The position numbers and the translations under genes are program-made. A stretch of 63,644 bases of DNA, the filler included, from Nemertoderma westbladi (taxonomy: Eukaryota; Animalia; Xenacoelomorpha): the NCBI GenBank assembly GCA_032718475.1. It is 3 parts of 3 records of this genome, joined end to end, with 100 filler letters (N's around TTAATTAATTAA, not from the genome) between each part and the next. Parts side by side here need not be neighbours in the genome. Positions count along the whole stretch, not along the records: positions 17,807 to 45,142 come from JAUCBJ010000887.1; 2 more parts are not named here. One strand, written 5' to 3'. Of the stretch, positions 25,201 to 38,200 are shown in pieces. A model generated the notes under the pieces. That model did not search any database, was not told the origin of the DNA, and worked only from the letters and a program-made list of their open reading frames with translations. Each line of letters opens with the position of its first letter. Positions within the stretch are counted from its first letter, which is position 1.

Positions 25201-26462
25201 GAGACTCAGCTGCGGAGAAACTGAGTAGCGCTGGATTTGCCGTTTTTCAAGACGTTTGTATACAGAACTTACATTCGTCTGTTATACAAAGACCCCGAAT
25301 ACCTACAGGTTATTCTGTCGTGGAAATACAGACAGTGGGTCTACTTACTGAGACAGACGCACCCACTTCGTCTATACAGCTGGAGGATGAGCCAGTATGC
25401 TTGGAATCAGAAGCGATTCAGCCTACAGCTTCCCGGAGCAGTGACAATGATTATGTCATAGAGTGGTATCAAGGTCCACAACGTCTCACAGCGTACGATT
25501 ATTGACACGCCAACTACGTTTCTCGAAAACGTTGTCGATTATGCGCATCGAGAGACCACTTCACCCCTCTAGACTCAAACGTACCTTGTTCCTATTTCCT
25601 CGAACAACCGATGATGGAAATATATTGTGCTTACTGCAGACTTAATAACTCTCATATTTTTGCCGTCTGCCCACAATTTATGACTCAATGTCACTACTGT
25701 CAACTTAAAGGACATGAAAGTTACAATTGTCCCTTTAATCGCGATTTAAAGAGCGTAGACGAGATGACCACCCTGCGATACATCCGAGCTTGGGAAGCGA
25801 ACGCGGATTTACATTGCGAATCCTGACATCGCTATTACCCTGGACGAGCTTACGAGGGAGTTTACGCGTTCCATCCTTATCTATTCGCGTCGATTGAACA
25901 GAAAACACGCGTACCAAGTTACGAGTTAATGAAGCGTGTTGGTGAGTGTATTTCCACCAAGTTTGTCAGAAAATACCTTAGAAACGTCAACCCTAATGAT
26001 ATAACCACATATCACCTGATCAATTTTATCCGTCAGGACCCTGAGTATGGCGACATTTTTGTGAACTCGCATCCTGAACTACAGGAAGTATCTCGGCGCC
26101 CATATGAATATCGAACCCGAGAACGCGAGCTGGAGAGAACCATTAAACCGAGAAAGTTCCTCACCACTCACGGTCCACCCACCGCTAGTGTCCAGACGAC
26201 CCGTCAAGGACCCGTAGGAGCTGCTGTCCTGAGACGCGCTCTAAAGGCCGTTAGACCTCGCTCCACTGAGGTTGATATCAATCAACCAGGTACTTCGACC
26301 GGCGGGTATACCGATCGTAACCCTACACCTTCTGATGCAATTGTATTGCACCCTTCGCCTAGGAGCTACAGCCCTCCTCGTAAAGTGGCTCGCCCCAAAG
26401 AGAAAAGGACTCTTGCTAGCCTCAAGAAACTGCGTAAACGCCGTCCGCGTAAGAAAGACTAA
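22209..26462 (+). pseudogene. Single ~1417-codon frame with three in-frame stops: unknown N-terminal region, DEDDy 3'-5' exonuclease-like domain, CCHC knuckles, basic tail; probable retrotransposon accessory ORF
   Basis: ORFs at 22209, 24162, 25611 and 25929 share one frame, separated only by TAG (24150), TGA (25503) and TGA (25824). ExoI VVTYDNEG, ExoII LKIGSAVYGDL, FVDTQ, ExoIII-like PLRPSLAIYTIFE. Knuckles CRLCASRDH, CAYC..H..C, CHYCQLKGHESYNC. Confidence 0.75.
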
Positions 26463-26539
26463 CTGTTTAGAGTATCTTTAGGTTTTAGAAACTGTGATTT
26501 TATATTTTATAGACTGAAAATCCCATTTTCTGGGAGCGG

Positions 26540-27896
26540 TGTAAAAGCCTTTGCTGAATTGCCCCGTTATTTTTCTTATATTTCCATTTAAAATACTCTG
26601 TAGTTGATTTAATAGGCGTAAGAGACCGTATTATTGCTGTATCGGTGTTTTTTAGAGGATCTAAGAGCTATTTCCTCCGTATGTGTACTGTGGAAGGCAT
26701 AGTTGATGATTCCATGGCAATTCCGTGACGCAAAAGGGAGTAGATACTCTTGAACAGTAGTTACTATGACGACGGTTAACAGCTGATATTCATACGTGTC
26801 GATTTTCTTTGTTCTACGGCGTCTCTCAGTTTAGTCAGCCAATCAGAGCATTTTTATGGCTCTTGTACAGAAATTTCCTAGAAATCACGCAATGCATTAT
26901 GGGCAGTGTTTACATTCTGTCCTGAGCCAGGAGAGAGCGGCTTTGGAATATTTTGTGCTTTTCTGCTTTAGCCTAACACTAGTAGGCTTAATTATAAGGA
27001 CATATATCCGTTATCTGGCCCATACTCAATCAACTCAACATACCTAATCAAACATACCTGTGCATACTTTTATATTGTTATACTGCTATTTACTGTCGGT
27101 TCTTCATAATATGGTTGATGAATTATTATATTTGGAATAACGATAAATAACCCCGAAAACCCAATATTCTTGATATACCGAAGGTAAGAGAGAAAGGTTA
27201 CATATAACGATTGTGACTTATGTTAAAGTGGTTTGAAGTGAATCTAATGTTATTTGATAGACCCTACATGAGTCGGTCCGTGTTCCTTTTATATGTGACT
27301 AAAATCAGTGAAGATCGGCAGATTAGTGTGCAGTATTGTGCAGCATTGTGTATGAGTGAGACTGATAACGAAGCATTTCCTAAAGAATGCGCCATATATG
27401 TGAATTGTAACTAAGCCATATCGTTGTGAGTAGTTTAAGTCATAACTCTGTTTATATAGATAGAGCGCCACGTCCTAAAGGAACTGTTAATATTCCCCGA
27501 AGGTGAATAATATTGTCAGAGATTATATAATACTGTCAGTCGAATAATACATTAGGCTTACATAGCAATAAGATTAAGCCGTCGAAGTCAATCTCCCGGG
27601 TATATCCAGCGGGTGAATGATCGCGCACAGATTGGTTTCAACTAGTGTAGTGAATCAAATACTTGTTAGAGGCTAAAGCGATTTATTATCTAGAAGACAT
27701 CCTAATTTGGCGGGTTAAACTGCCAAAGGTCTGAAAGCGCGAACAATTATATTTATTAATAAACAATAAAAGAAATACAGTATCAGCTATAATAAATATT
27801 AATTGGCGAATATCTAACAATTCCAGACGCCGTAGAAATTCTACGAGTTCAATCAACTTGGAGACCGATTCCCAAAACAAAGACAGTTCTCCTACA
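26540..27896 (+). repeat. Candidate long LTR (~1357 bp) downstream of the exonuclease ORF
   Basis: PPT-like gggagcgg directly before TGTA, ending in ...CCTACA. CCAAT at ~26839 and AATAAA signals near the 3' end. Unpaired, so unconfirmed. Confidence 0.4.
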
Positions 27897-30390
27897 AACT
27901 CAGGGCAGAGATCTCGCAGGGGAAAGAGGTCGTTATCTATAAGGTAAGAAAAACCTTGGGGTGAGGGGTGGGGGGGGGGGGGTTGCTATTTTTTATTTAT
28001 TATTTATTATGTTATTTGTTGATTTTGAAAGCGTCCATTGACCCCCCCCCCCCCCCCCCCATGGCTACTCTTATTTAATATTTTTAAAAATTATTAATAT
28101 TAAATGGTAACCACCGTTTATATTTACCACTTACAGCCCATTGAGTCTGGATGGGATTGATATTAACTCGCTAATTCGCACCTCCTCAACCAGCCTGGTA
28201 GCCTACATAAACAATAGCAATGTATCCGGTTCCGAGATACAATTGGAGTGTGCAGCAGTTCCACAACATCCAGCAATCAAATAAATCAGGTTTACCTCTC
28301 CCATAGAAACTCAGGATCGAGTTATTCATCCTTCCTAACTGGTTAGAATATTATCAGTACTCAATTTGCCTTCCAACTAATAAAATCGTTGTGTAATTTA
28401 CTTTTTTTAAATTTTATGTTTAATAATTTCATAGAAATAAAATAATAAAATCCTGGAATTCTTCACGTGAGGGTAAACTGCAAAGTGAAATATATTACAC
28501 TTACTGTACTGTACTTATTAGACAGCGATAATTCAGTTAATTGGATCTTTGCTGTGAATTATTTATCTTTTAAATGATTTATTTTTTTGTTATCGACATA
28601 ATTTATTAAAATTGGCCCAAATTCTGGCTATTTGTTAGGCACGTTGTTTCTTGGTGAAAAATGCAACTCTCGTTTAAAAAGTGAGCCTTTGTGTAATCTT
28701 ATTACCAAAGTCCAGCACCACCTAGCACCACCCTGCAGTCACTACAGCTGAAAAGTGTGTGCATGATCTAGTTACTATGGCAGGCGGCAGGCAAGAGGAA
28801 AAGTGGTGTTCAGTCATGGACATTCCGAAACGTAAAAACCGAAATTGAAAGAAACGAAAATCTATCTAAGGCTGATTTAGATTGTGAACTGTGAAATTTT
28901 TGCTCCGCATTATTAAAACAATTATTTTTCTGGCTCTAAACTTTTATATTCTTATTTTAGGCGGAATGGGGAGTCGTAAGAATTCGCAGTTTTCACAAAT
29001 TAGTGTTTTTTATGAATCCGGGTAAATGCTACGAGAAATTCCTTGCCTTGATGGAGAAAATATTGATGATAATTAGAAAACAGTAATACCCAATCATAAA
29101 GTAGAACGTGGTAACAACAGAGCGGATATTGTAGAAATGAATTACAATAACAGAGAGCAACCAAAGCAATGGATTTCTAGTAATAGTAATAATCGAAATT
29201 CATCAAAAAGGTCAACATTGTCTCACAATGTAGGAAAACAAACAGTAACGTTACCATGCCAACCTATATCCATAACTCCTAGATTTAGTCGAACTCCTGT
29301 ATTAATTAATGGATCTTCTAGAAAGGATTACCCAACTCAAACTCCTCTCATTGGTTCAAGCATAGGAACTTCCATATACAGTTTGACTAATCGCAGCTTC
29401 TCTTCGGAGTTTATCGATGGTATAAATAATGACACGAATGCAAATATTGAACAATATGGTGATCAGAGCGTTGTTTCCATGGCAACATTACGTTCGGATT
29501 GTAAGCCTCCATTTCTGTGCAAATAGTCCGAATGCTACCAGGTTAGTGAGCTACCAGGCTACATCGCTCAAGCCTCTATCCGTTTGACAAATGCTGATAC
29601 AAGCTTAAACTAAAAATTTTGAAATTCCCGCGCGCACTACAATTAACAGCTAGCTAAGCTTAGCTAAACACCATTGTACAGTAGCCTGGTGGTGGGTGAG
29701 GTTTTTCTTTTTTATATAACTTTTATGTGTCTTTTTATATCTTTGTCTAGTTTGTCATTAAAAAAAGCACTAAGCAGTCTAAAAAAAAACCAGCTGAGAA
29801 TGGTTATATGAAGTAATACAGTCAAATATATATCTTCATATTCTCTATTTCAAACATTTATTTCAATATGTACATGAATTTTGTATGGTATGTTTGATAT
29901 GAAGTTAATATCTTCACATTGTTCCGCTTCGTACTACCATTTCATCCTTATATATTTTACAGCGATTTCACCACTTGTCAATATTTGTGACACACATTGA
30001 AAGCACCCATGTGGAAACACAGAAGAAAAATGGAAATTAGATCTGCAGATGGGCTGGTTGCCAACGGCAACAGAAGTCATTTAACGCGCGATATAAACTG
30101 ATTGTTCACATAAGAGTCCACAGTGGGGAGAGACCCAACATATGCCCCGTGAGTCATTCAAATATATCCCAATAGATAATTGAATAAAACAGATTCAAAG
30201 TCTGTCAACAATTAACTGCTGCATGAGCAATAAAGTTTATATTTTTTAATATTAATTATTATTAAATAATTGATTATTATTAATTTTAAAATTACTAATT
30301 ATTAATAAATCAATTACTCAAACTAATTACAGGTTGAATCTTGTAATCGGATGTATTCTATATAGGAAAATCTTAAGATAGATAGATACG

Positions 30391-30911
30391 TAGAGTTTAT
30401 GGTTCCGATGGGTTGGTGGATAGAGTTTATGGTTCCGATGGGTTGGTGGATAGAGTTTATGGTTCCGATGGGTTGGTGGATAGAGTTTATGGTTTCGATG
30501 GGTTGGTGGAAAGAGTTTAGGGTTCCGATGTGTTGGTGGATAGAGTTTATGGTTCCGATGGGTTGGAGGATAGAGTTTATGGTTCCGATGGGTTGGTGGA
30601 TAGAGTTTAGGGTTCCGATGTGTTGGTGGATAGAGTTTATGGTTCCGATGGGTTGGTGGATAGAGTTTAGGCTTCCGATGTGTTGGTGGATACAGATTAT
30701 GGTTCCGATGGGTTGGTGGATGTAGTTGATGGTTCCGATGGGTTGGTGGATAGAGTTTATGGTTCCGATGGGTTGGTGGATAGAGTTTATGGTTCCGATG
30801 GGTTGGTGGATAGAGTTTATGGTTCGGATGGGTTGGTGGATAGAGTTTATGGTTCCGATGGGTTGGTGTATAGAGTTTTGGGTTCCGATGGGTTAGTGGA
30901 TAGAGTTTATG
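30391..30911. repeat. 30-bp minisatellite, ~17 copies
   Basis: Unit tagagtttatggttccgatgggttggtgga. Confidence 0.97.
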
Positions 30912-31677
30912 AGCTCTACCTATAAAATAAGTATAAATAATATAATTTATTAATAATGTATTCAAAATAACGGTAATACCAGATACACTTTGAGACCCCG
31001 ACTGTGGGATATATTCCATGTAACAAGTTATTACTAACTTATTCTGAAGTTTTCGATAATTGTGTTCCAAGTAATTTTTTCCAACATCTCCGTTAGGCCA
31101 CTAATATTTGAGTTCCAGTAGATTCCAGGTTTGTGTTTCCCGATTTCCTGGTTTCCCAGACTACGACGAATATCTGATAAGGAACAAATCATGTCGGTTC
31201 ATTACAGTCCAGAATCGAGGTTATCATATCGGATCGGCGATACTAAAAGATTTCAAGTCTGTTTTATAATTTAGGCGGTTGTTTGATTTGGTCCAGAGCC
31301 TGACAGTTTACTGGCTTGCGATTCCGAGATCAGGAGATATTCGTATTTCCATCTATAAAAGAGAAAACTTAATAAAATAATTATTAAACTTTAACTTGAA
31401 TGTATATTTACCGTAATATAATAGAAATTACACTACATTTTATATATTTAATATAGTGGATGGTAGGTCGGACACGAATAGCTATAAAATGCTAGTAGAA
31501 ATTGTGTGTCCGGCCCTGACTGGCACTATAAGTTAAAAATAATTATGAAATATTATCCTTACCATTCTTACTAAATGACATTATTATGGGATATATTCCT
31601 ATCATATCCAAAACATTATTTATCTCTGGTTGGTAACAAAATTAAACACTGAAAATTGCATATAATTATTTTTATAT

Positions 31678-32524
31678 TTAGACTAAATCATCTAAATTAT
31701 GTACAGCTGTAGTCAGGATATCAGCTATTTGAACCTGATTTGTTTCTCTCAGACATTGACAGAATGTAAGAAAATCGTTGTATGACCTTCTAATTATCGC
31801 GTTGACCAGTTCATTATTCTTTGCCACTGTGGATTCTTTACTATTGATTCATTCAGCTATAGAATCCCTAAACACTTGTTTCCTACAAAGTAATTTTATT
31901 ACCAAGTTTGGTTCGATTCTATTAACTAAAACAAACTTATATTTAGTTAGTATCAACGGAAACTTTTTATCGTCATCTGTTGTTTTATCCCCTAAAATAT
32001 TTACTATATGAGTTTGATATGTTTCCTTTAATCCTTCAATAAATATTCCGTAATTATTTTCTGTACCCCATTTTATTGCCTCCAATAAAGTCTTTATTTT
32101 ACTGAATACTTTTGGTTTCGAGTTAATTATAGATAAAACATCCCGAGACAAAGTTTGCTTAGCTTCTAAGAAAATTATAAGTTCTAATATTTCTAGTTTA
32201 TCTAGAAGTTCATTCACCTTAGACGCTATTTTCTTCCAATGTGAACTTAAATCACCTGTATATTTTTCTCTTATTAAGTTGCTTTCCATATGTTTATGAA
32301 ACTTACATTTGACTTTATTATCTGAAATATTTTCATCGATTTTAATAAAATGGAAACAAATTTCTTCTCTACAGTTAATTTCATTGTGCTGTTCGCATTT
32401 TGAATTACATTGACATTTTAAATGAAAACTAAAGGAAATGTTTTTTATTCGAATTTGTTTAAGGAATTCCTGCAATTAATTATTAAGATAACACTTCACT
32501 TTATTGACCAGCTGTGGATCCAGG
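31678..32524 (-). pseudogene. Diverged duplicate of the ROCO C-terminal module (end of COR, Cys-rich linker, two CARD-like domains) with in-frame stops
   Basis: DPQLVNKV..*LQEFLKQIRIKNISFSFHLKCQCNSKCEQH...SIAE*INSKESTVAKNNELVNAIIRRSYNDFLTFCQCLRETNQ aligns with the C-terminus of 35112-38576 (DPDIVNKV...KCECNAKCDQH...KRSYKDFLSFCKCLRLTNQ). Confidence 0.85.
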
Positions 32525-35225
32525 TAATGTCTATAACAGCAGCCTCTCTACCTTGATTGGTAACGTCTATAACAGCAGACTCTCTAGCTTCATTGGTAAT
32601 GTCTATAACAGCAGCCCCTCTACCTTGATTGGTATCGTCTATTACAGCAGCCTTATCTACCTTGATTGGTAATGTCTATAACAGCAGCCTCTCAACCTTG
32701 ATTGGTAATGTCTATAACAGCAGCCCCTCTACCTTGATTGGTATCGTCTATTACAGCAGCCGATCTACCTCGATTGGTAATGTCTATAACAGCAGCCTCT
32801 CTACCTTGATTGGTAATGTCTATAACAGCAGCCTCTCCACCTTCATTGGTAATGTCTATAACAGCAGCCCCTCAACCTTGATTGGTATCGTCTATAACAG
32901 CAGCCTCTCTACCTCGATTGGTAATGTCTATAACAGCAGCCTCTCTACCTTGATTGGTAATGTCTATAACAGCAGCCCCTCTACCTTGATTGGTAACGTT
33001 TATAACAGCAGCCTCTCTGCCTTGATTGGTAACGTCTATAACAGCAGCCTCTCTATCTTGATTGGTAATGTCTATAACAGCAGCCTCTCAACCTTGATTG
33101 GTAATTTCTATAACAGCAGCCTCTCAACCTTGATTGGTAATTTCTATAACAGCAGCCTCTCTACCTTGATTGGTAATGTCTATAACAGCAGCCCCTCTAC
33201 CTTGATTGGTAACGTTTATAACAGCAGCCTCTCAACCTTCATTGGTAATGTCTATAACAGCAGCCTCTCCACCTTCATTGGTAATGTCTATAACAGCAGC
33301 CCCTCTATCTTGATTGGTAATGTCTATAACAGCAGCCCCTCTACCTTGATTGGTAACGTTTATAACAGCAGCCTATCTACCTTGATTGGTAATGTCTATA
33401 ACAGCAGCCCCTCTATCTTGATTGGTAACGTCTATAACAGCAGCCTCTCTACCTTGATTGGTAATGTCTATAACAGCAGCCCCTCTATCTTGATTGGTAA
33501 TGTCTATAACAGCAGCCCCTCAACCTTGATTGGTATCGTCTATTACAGCAGCCGATCTACCTCGATTGGTAATGTCTATAACAGCAGCCCCTCTATCTTG
33601 ATTGGTAATGTCTATAACAGCAGCCCCTCAACCTTGATTGGTATTGTCTATTACAGCAGCCTCTCAACCTTGATTGGTAATGTCTATAACAGCAGCCTCT
33701 CAACCTTGATTGGTAATGTCTATAACAGCAGCCTCTCTACCTTCATTGTAATGTCTATAACAGCAGCCTCTCTCCCTTGATTGGTAACGTCTATTACAGC
33801 AGCCTCTCTACCTTGATTGGTATCGTCTATTACAGCAGCCTTATCTACCTTGATTGGAAATGTCTAAAACAGCAGCCTCTCAACCTTGAGTGGTAATGTC
33901 TATAACAGCAGCCTCTCCACCTTCATTGGTAATGTCTATAACAGCAGCCCCTCTACCTTGATTGGTATCGTCTATTACAGCAGCCTCTCTACCTCGATTG
34001 GTAATGTCTATAACAGCAGCCTCTCTACCTTGATTGGTAATGTCTATAACAGCAGCCTCTCCACATTCATTGGTAATGTCAATAACAGCAGCCCCTCAAC
34101 CTTGATTGGTATCGTCTATTACTGCAGCCTCTCTGCCTTGATTGGTAACGTCTACAACAGCAGTCTCTCTGCCTTGATTGGTAACGTTTATAACAGCAGC
34201 CTCTCTACCTTCATTGGTAATGTCTATTACAGCAGCCCCTCTATCTTGATTGGTATCGTCTATTACAGCAGCCTCTCTACCTTGATTGGTAATGTCAATA
34301 ACAGCAGCCCCTCAACCTTGATTGGTAACGTCTATAACACCAACCTCTCTACCTCGATTGGTAATGTCTATAACAGCAGCCTCTCCACCTTGATTGGCAT
34401 CGTCTATTACAGCAGCCTCTCTACCTTGATTGGTATCGTCTATTACAGCAGCCTCTTCACCTTGCTTGATTGGTAGCGTTTATAACAGCAGCCTCTTTAC
34501 CTTGATTGGTAAAGTCTATAACCCCAGCAGCCTCTCCACCGGTTGATTGGTAACATCTATAACAACAGCTACATTACATTAATTGGCAATGTCTATAACA
34601 GCAGCCCCTCTACCTTGATTGGTATCGTCTATTACAGCAGCCTCTCTACCTTGATTGGTAACGTTTATAACAGCAGCATCTTCACCTTGATTGGTAAAGT
34701 CTATAACCCCAGCAGCCTCTCCACCGGTTGATTGGTAACATCTATAACAACAGCTACATTACATTAATTGGCAATGTCTATCTATAACAGCAGCCTCTCC
34801 ACCGGTTGATTGGTAACATCTATAACAACAGCTACATTACATTGATTGGCAATGTCTATAACAGCAGCCTCTCCACCGGTGGATTGGTAACGTTTATAAC
34901 AGCAGTCTCTCTACCTTGATTGGTAATGTCTATAACAGCAGCCTCTTCACCTTCATTGGTAATGTCTATAACAGCAGCCTCTTCACCTTCATTGGTGATG
35001 TCTATAACAGCACCCCCTCTACCTTGATTGGCAATGTCTATAACAGCAGACTCTCCACCTGTTGATTGGTAACATCTATAACAACAGCTACATTACATTG
35101 ATTGGCAATGTCTATAACAGCAGCCTCTCCACCGGTTGATTTGTAACGTCTATAACCCCAGCGGCCTCTCCACCTTGATTAGTATTATCTATATCAGTAA
35201 CTTCATCAGCTTGATTGGTAATGTC
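32521..35225. repeat. 33-bp minisatellite, ~80 copies, continuous with the 3' end of the ROCO ORF
   Basis: Unit ttgattggtaatgtctataacagcagcctctctacc-like. Reads IDITNQGREAAV on the minus strand, matching the last residues of the ROCO ORF. Confidence 0.95.
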
Positions 35226-38200
35226 TACAATATCCGCATCATAACCTTTGGTAGCTTCCTCTAGAGTATCAGCTAAATGATGTTGGTTGGTGAGACGAAG
35301 ACATTTACAAAAAGATAGAAAATCCTTGTAAGATCTTTTCATTACTGCGTTTATAAGTACAACATTCTTACTATCTATCGATTCTTTACATTCGATTATT
35401 TCTATGATAGATTTACTTATAACGTTTCGGCTAACAAGAAGCTGTGCCACAAATTTAGTTTGTTCTAAATTTTTCATTAACATATATTTATACTTTGTTA
35501 GAATATCAGGGAGCATTTGGTCTTCCATTTTGATTTTTCCGTGCAAAATTTCAACCAAAAGCGGTTGATTGGTTACATATAATGCTTCAATAAATATTTT
35601 GTAATTATTTTCTGATCCCCATTTTATTGACTCCAACAAAATCTTATTCTTACTCAACAAATTCGACTTAGATTCAATAACAGCTAAAACTTCCTTTGAT
35701 ATAGCCCCCTTACTTGCTAAGTATACAAGTAACTCTGAGATTTCCAGTCTATCAATAAGGTCATTTTGGTTAGTTGTAATGTTTAACCAATGTGAGCTAA
35801 ATCTCCCAACAACAGGGAATTTTCCACTAATAAATCGACTTCTAACAGAGTTATTAAATTGACATTCAACAAAATCATTTGATAAAATATCAGCCAGTTT
35901 AACAAAGTGAAAACATCCTTCTTCATTGCAGTCAAGTAATCTGTGTTGATCGCATTTAGCATTACATTCACATTTTATTTCGAAATCAAATGAAATATTT
36001 TTAAATCTCATTTGGGTAATAATTTCCTTCAATGAAGTATTAATAAAATGATTTACTTTATTAACAATATCCGGATCTGGTGCAAGTTTACTTTCAGTTT
36101 GTTCATCGCCCGAACTAAACATCTCAGATCTAATTACCTGAACTTTAATCCAATTTAATGAAATAGAAGATCTTTCCAAAATTACCTGATGATTAAAATC
36201 TAAAAATATTTGAGCAACTCTGTGGTAAAGTTTAGGTTGAATTACCCTATTACCTACAATGTAGGACAAATCAATAGTTCTCTTAATTAAACGGTAGTAC
36301 AATCCTTGCGGTAAGAAACTCTTGAATGTAATATAAAATTCAACTTTACATTGTCTTGGTGTGAATGGAGTATATCTAACAGATTTAAGGCGGCAAGGTA
36401 CATAATAAGCCAACTTTACATCATCTTGCAATGTTCTTTCGGTTTTTGGTAAAACTCGTTCACATAGTAAATCAAAACGTTCTAGAATATTCAACATAAA
36501 TTGTTTTTTATCAAGAACGCCTTCCCACAGATAATCAAGGAGTTCTTCATGTAATATACCATTGTCATCCAGGTCCTTCCAGAACGTAAAATGTTGTTTC
36601 TTTATTTTGTCTTTTACAGTTATTATTTTGGTAAACATTCCACTCAACCATTCTGGGCTCAGTATAACAGTATCCCTTAGAGATTCATCATCAAAGTAAA
36701 TTATTGTACCCAAATCGTGGTAAAATTCTAACATGGTTTTCAAACCAATGTTATCCATTTCTACATCAATATCCTTTAATTTAATCTCTAGCAAGTCAAT
36801 GTCAATATAAACTTTACCATCCGTTATTAATTGAGACACAAGTTGGTCAAATTTTAGATATTGCAAAGGTATTTCCTCCTTAAAATTTGCCATTTCGTTG
36901 ACAATATTTGCCTGTAAATTTTCAAGTCCTTTCTCTCCACTATTTATAATCGCTATATTATTCTCTATAGCAATGTAATCTTTAATTAGATTATCTGTAT
37001 ATGAAGATTTACCCAAATGGGTCTTAATCTTTTCAAATATTTTACTTGCTATTACAGATTGAGTATCAGGATCAGCATGTAAGCTGCCTTTATGAGTTCC
37101 AACTACAAAAACAGGTGGACAAGAATTTACTTCTAGTTTTGTACCAAATGAATAAATGTTTTTTAACCAAAATTCAATAAACTCAATATTCTTAATCTCA
37201 CCGAAAACAAACTCATTAATATTGTTTTCATCAGATCTGAAAATAATATCAGGAGTTTTTTCAAGATTTTCCAAGAGATTAAATACAATTATATAAATAG
37301 CTCGTCTGCTCAAAAATATCTGATGGGTTGTGTAATAAATACATTGGCCACCAAAATCGACTATCTGTAGAGAAAAGCGACTGTCTTCCTCATTAAATTT
37401 AGCCAGAATATCTTGGGGTTTACCAGATGTGAGTATATCTTCTACTCCTTTTGATATGTTTGGAGGGATTTGTGTTTCAGAAGAATCATGTTTGGATTGA
37501 ATATACCCTGTGCCTTCTTTATGTCTACTAATGCTTCCCTCTGTGACCCTGACTTCACCTTCATTTCTGATTTGTTCTTTATTGCGTGTAAATTTGGAAA
37601 CTAACCTCCTCCACAAACTAACGGTTGGAACTTTATTAGCACTTCCACTTGCAACTGTAATAGGAATCTCTGTAGGTTTAGCATTAGCTGCTGATGAAGA
37701 GGTTGAAACTATGGGAGTCACACTTCCAACAACCTTTCCAGAAGTTCCAGAATCATCACTTTTATTATCGGCAACTTGTTTACTTTCTAGAACAGTTTTT
37801 GCTATTTGTTTAGTAACAAAGTCATTGACATCTTTCTCCAAGTTTTCTTTATCTTTATCTCGTAAGTTGGTCCAATCTGTGTTTTGTTCGGTATTTATAA
37901 TACAGTTAGCAGATGAGTCAATACCATCTGTTATTTGTTCATTAATATCAAACGGTTGACCAATAAGGGCCTTCTTCAAACTTGTTTTACCAGCCCTCTC
38001 TTGTCCAACTAACATTAACCGGGTTTTCAGTATCCATGTAGTCCCTTTAGAAAGAGCTGCTTTATAAGCAGCCAATGCTTCTGGGCCTCTCGCCAGTATC
38101 TCAATTGGCAGCCGTTTTTGTTCTTTTATATAATTAATTAAAAGTTTTGGAACTTTCAGTGAATTTAATTCGCTTGTAGACAGAAGTCCCAAGTCTCTGA

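Noticed and set aside
20230-27896. Treating BEL pol and the exonuclease ORF as one element
   Set aside because: A candidate LTR (20754-21155) separates them and does not resemble the second candidate LTR, so linkage is unproven.
29137-29526. 129-aa Ser/Asn-rich ORF
   Set aside because: No recognisable motif; may be an exon but cannot be supported.
30327-31070. His/Pro-rich ORF and similar ORFs at 38965-39457 and 46762-47747
   Set aside because: Translations of minisatellites.
32629-34731. Plus-strand ORFs (SLSTLIGNVYNS)n
   Set aside because: Antisense reading of the 33-bp repeat; the meaningful frame is on the minus strand.
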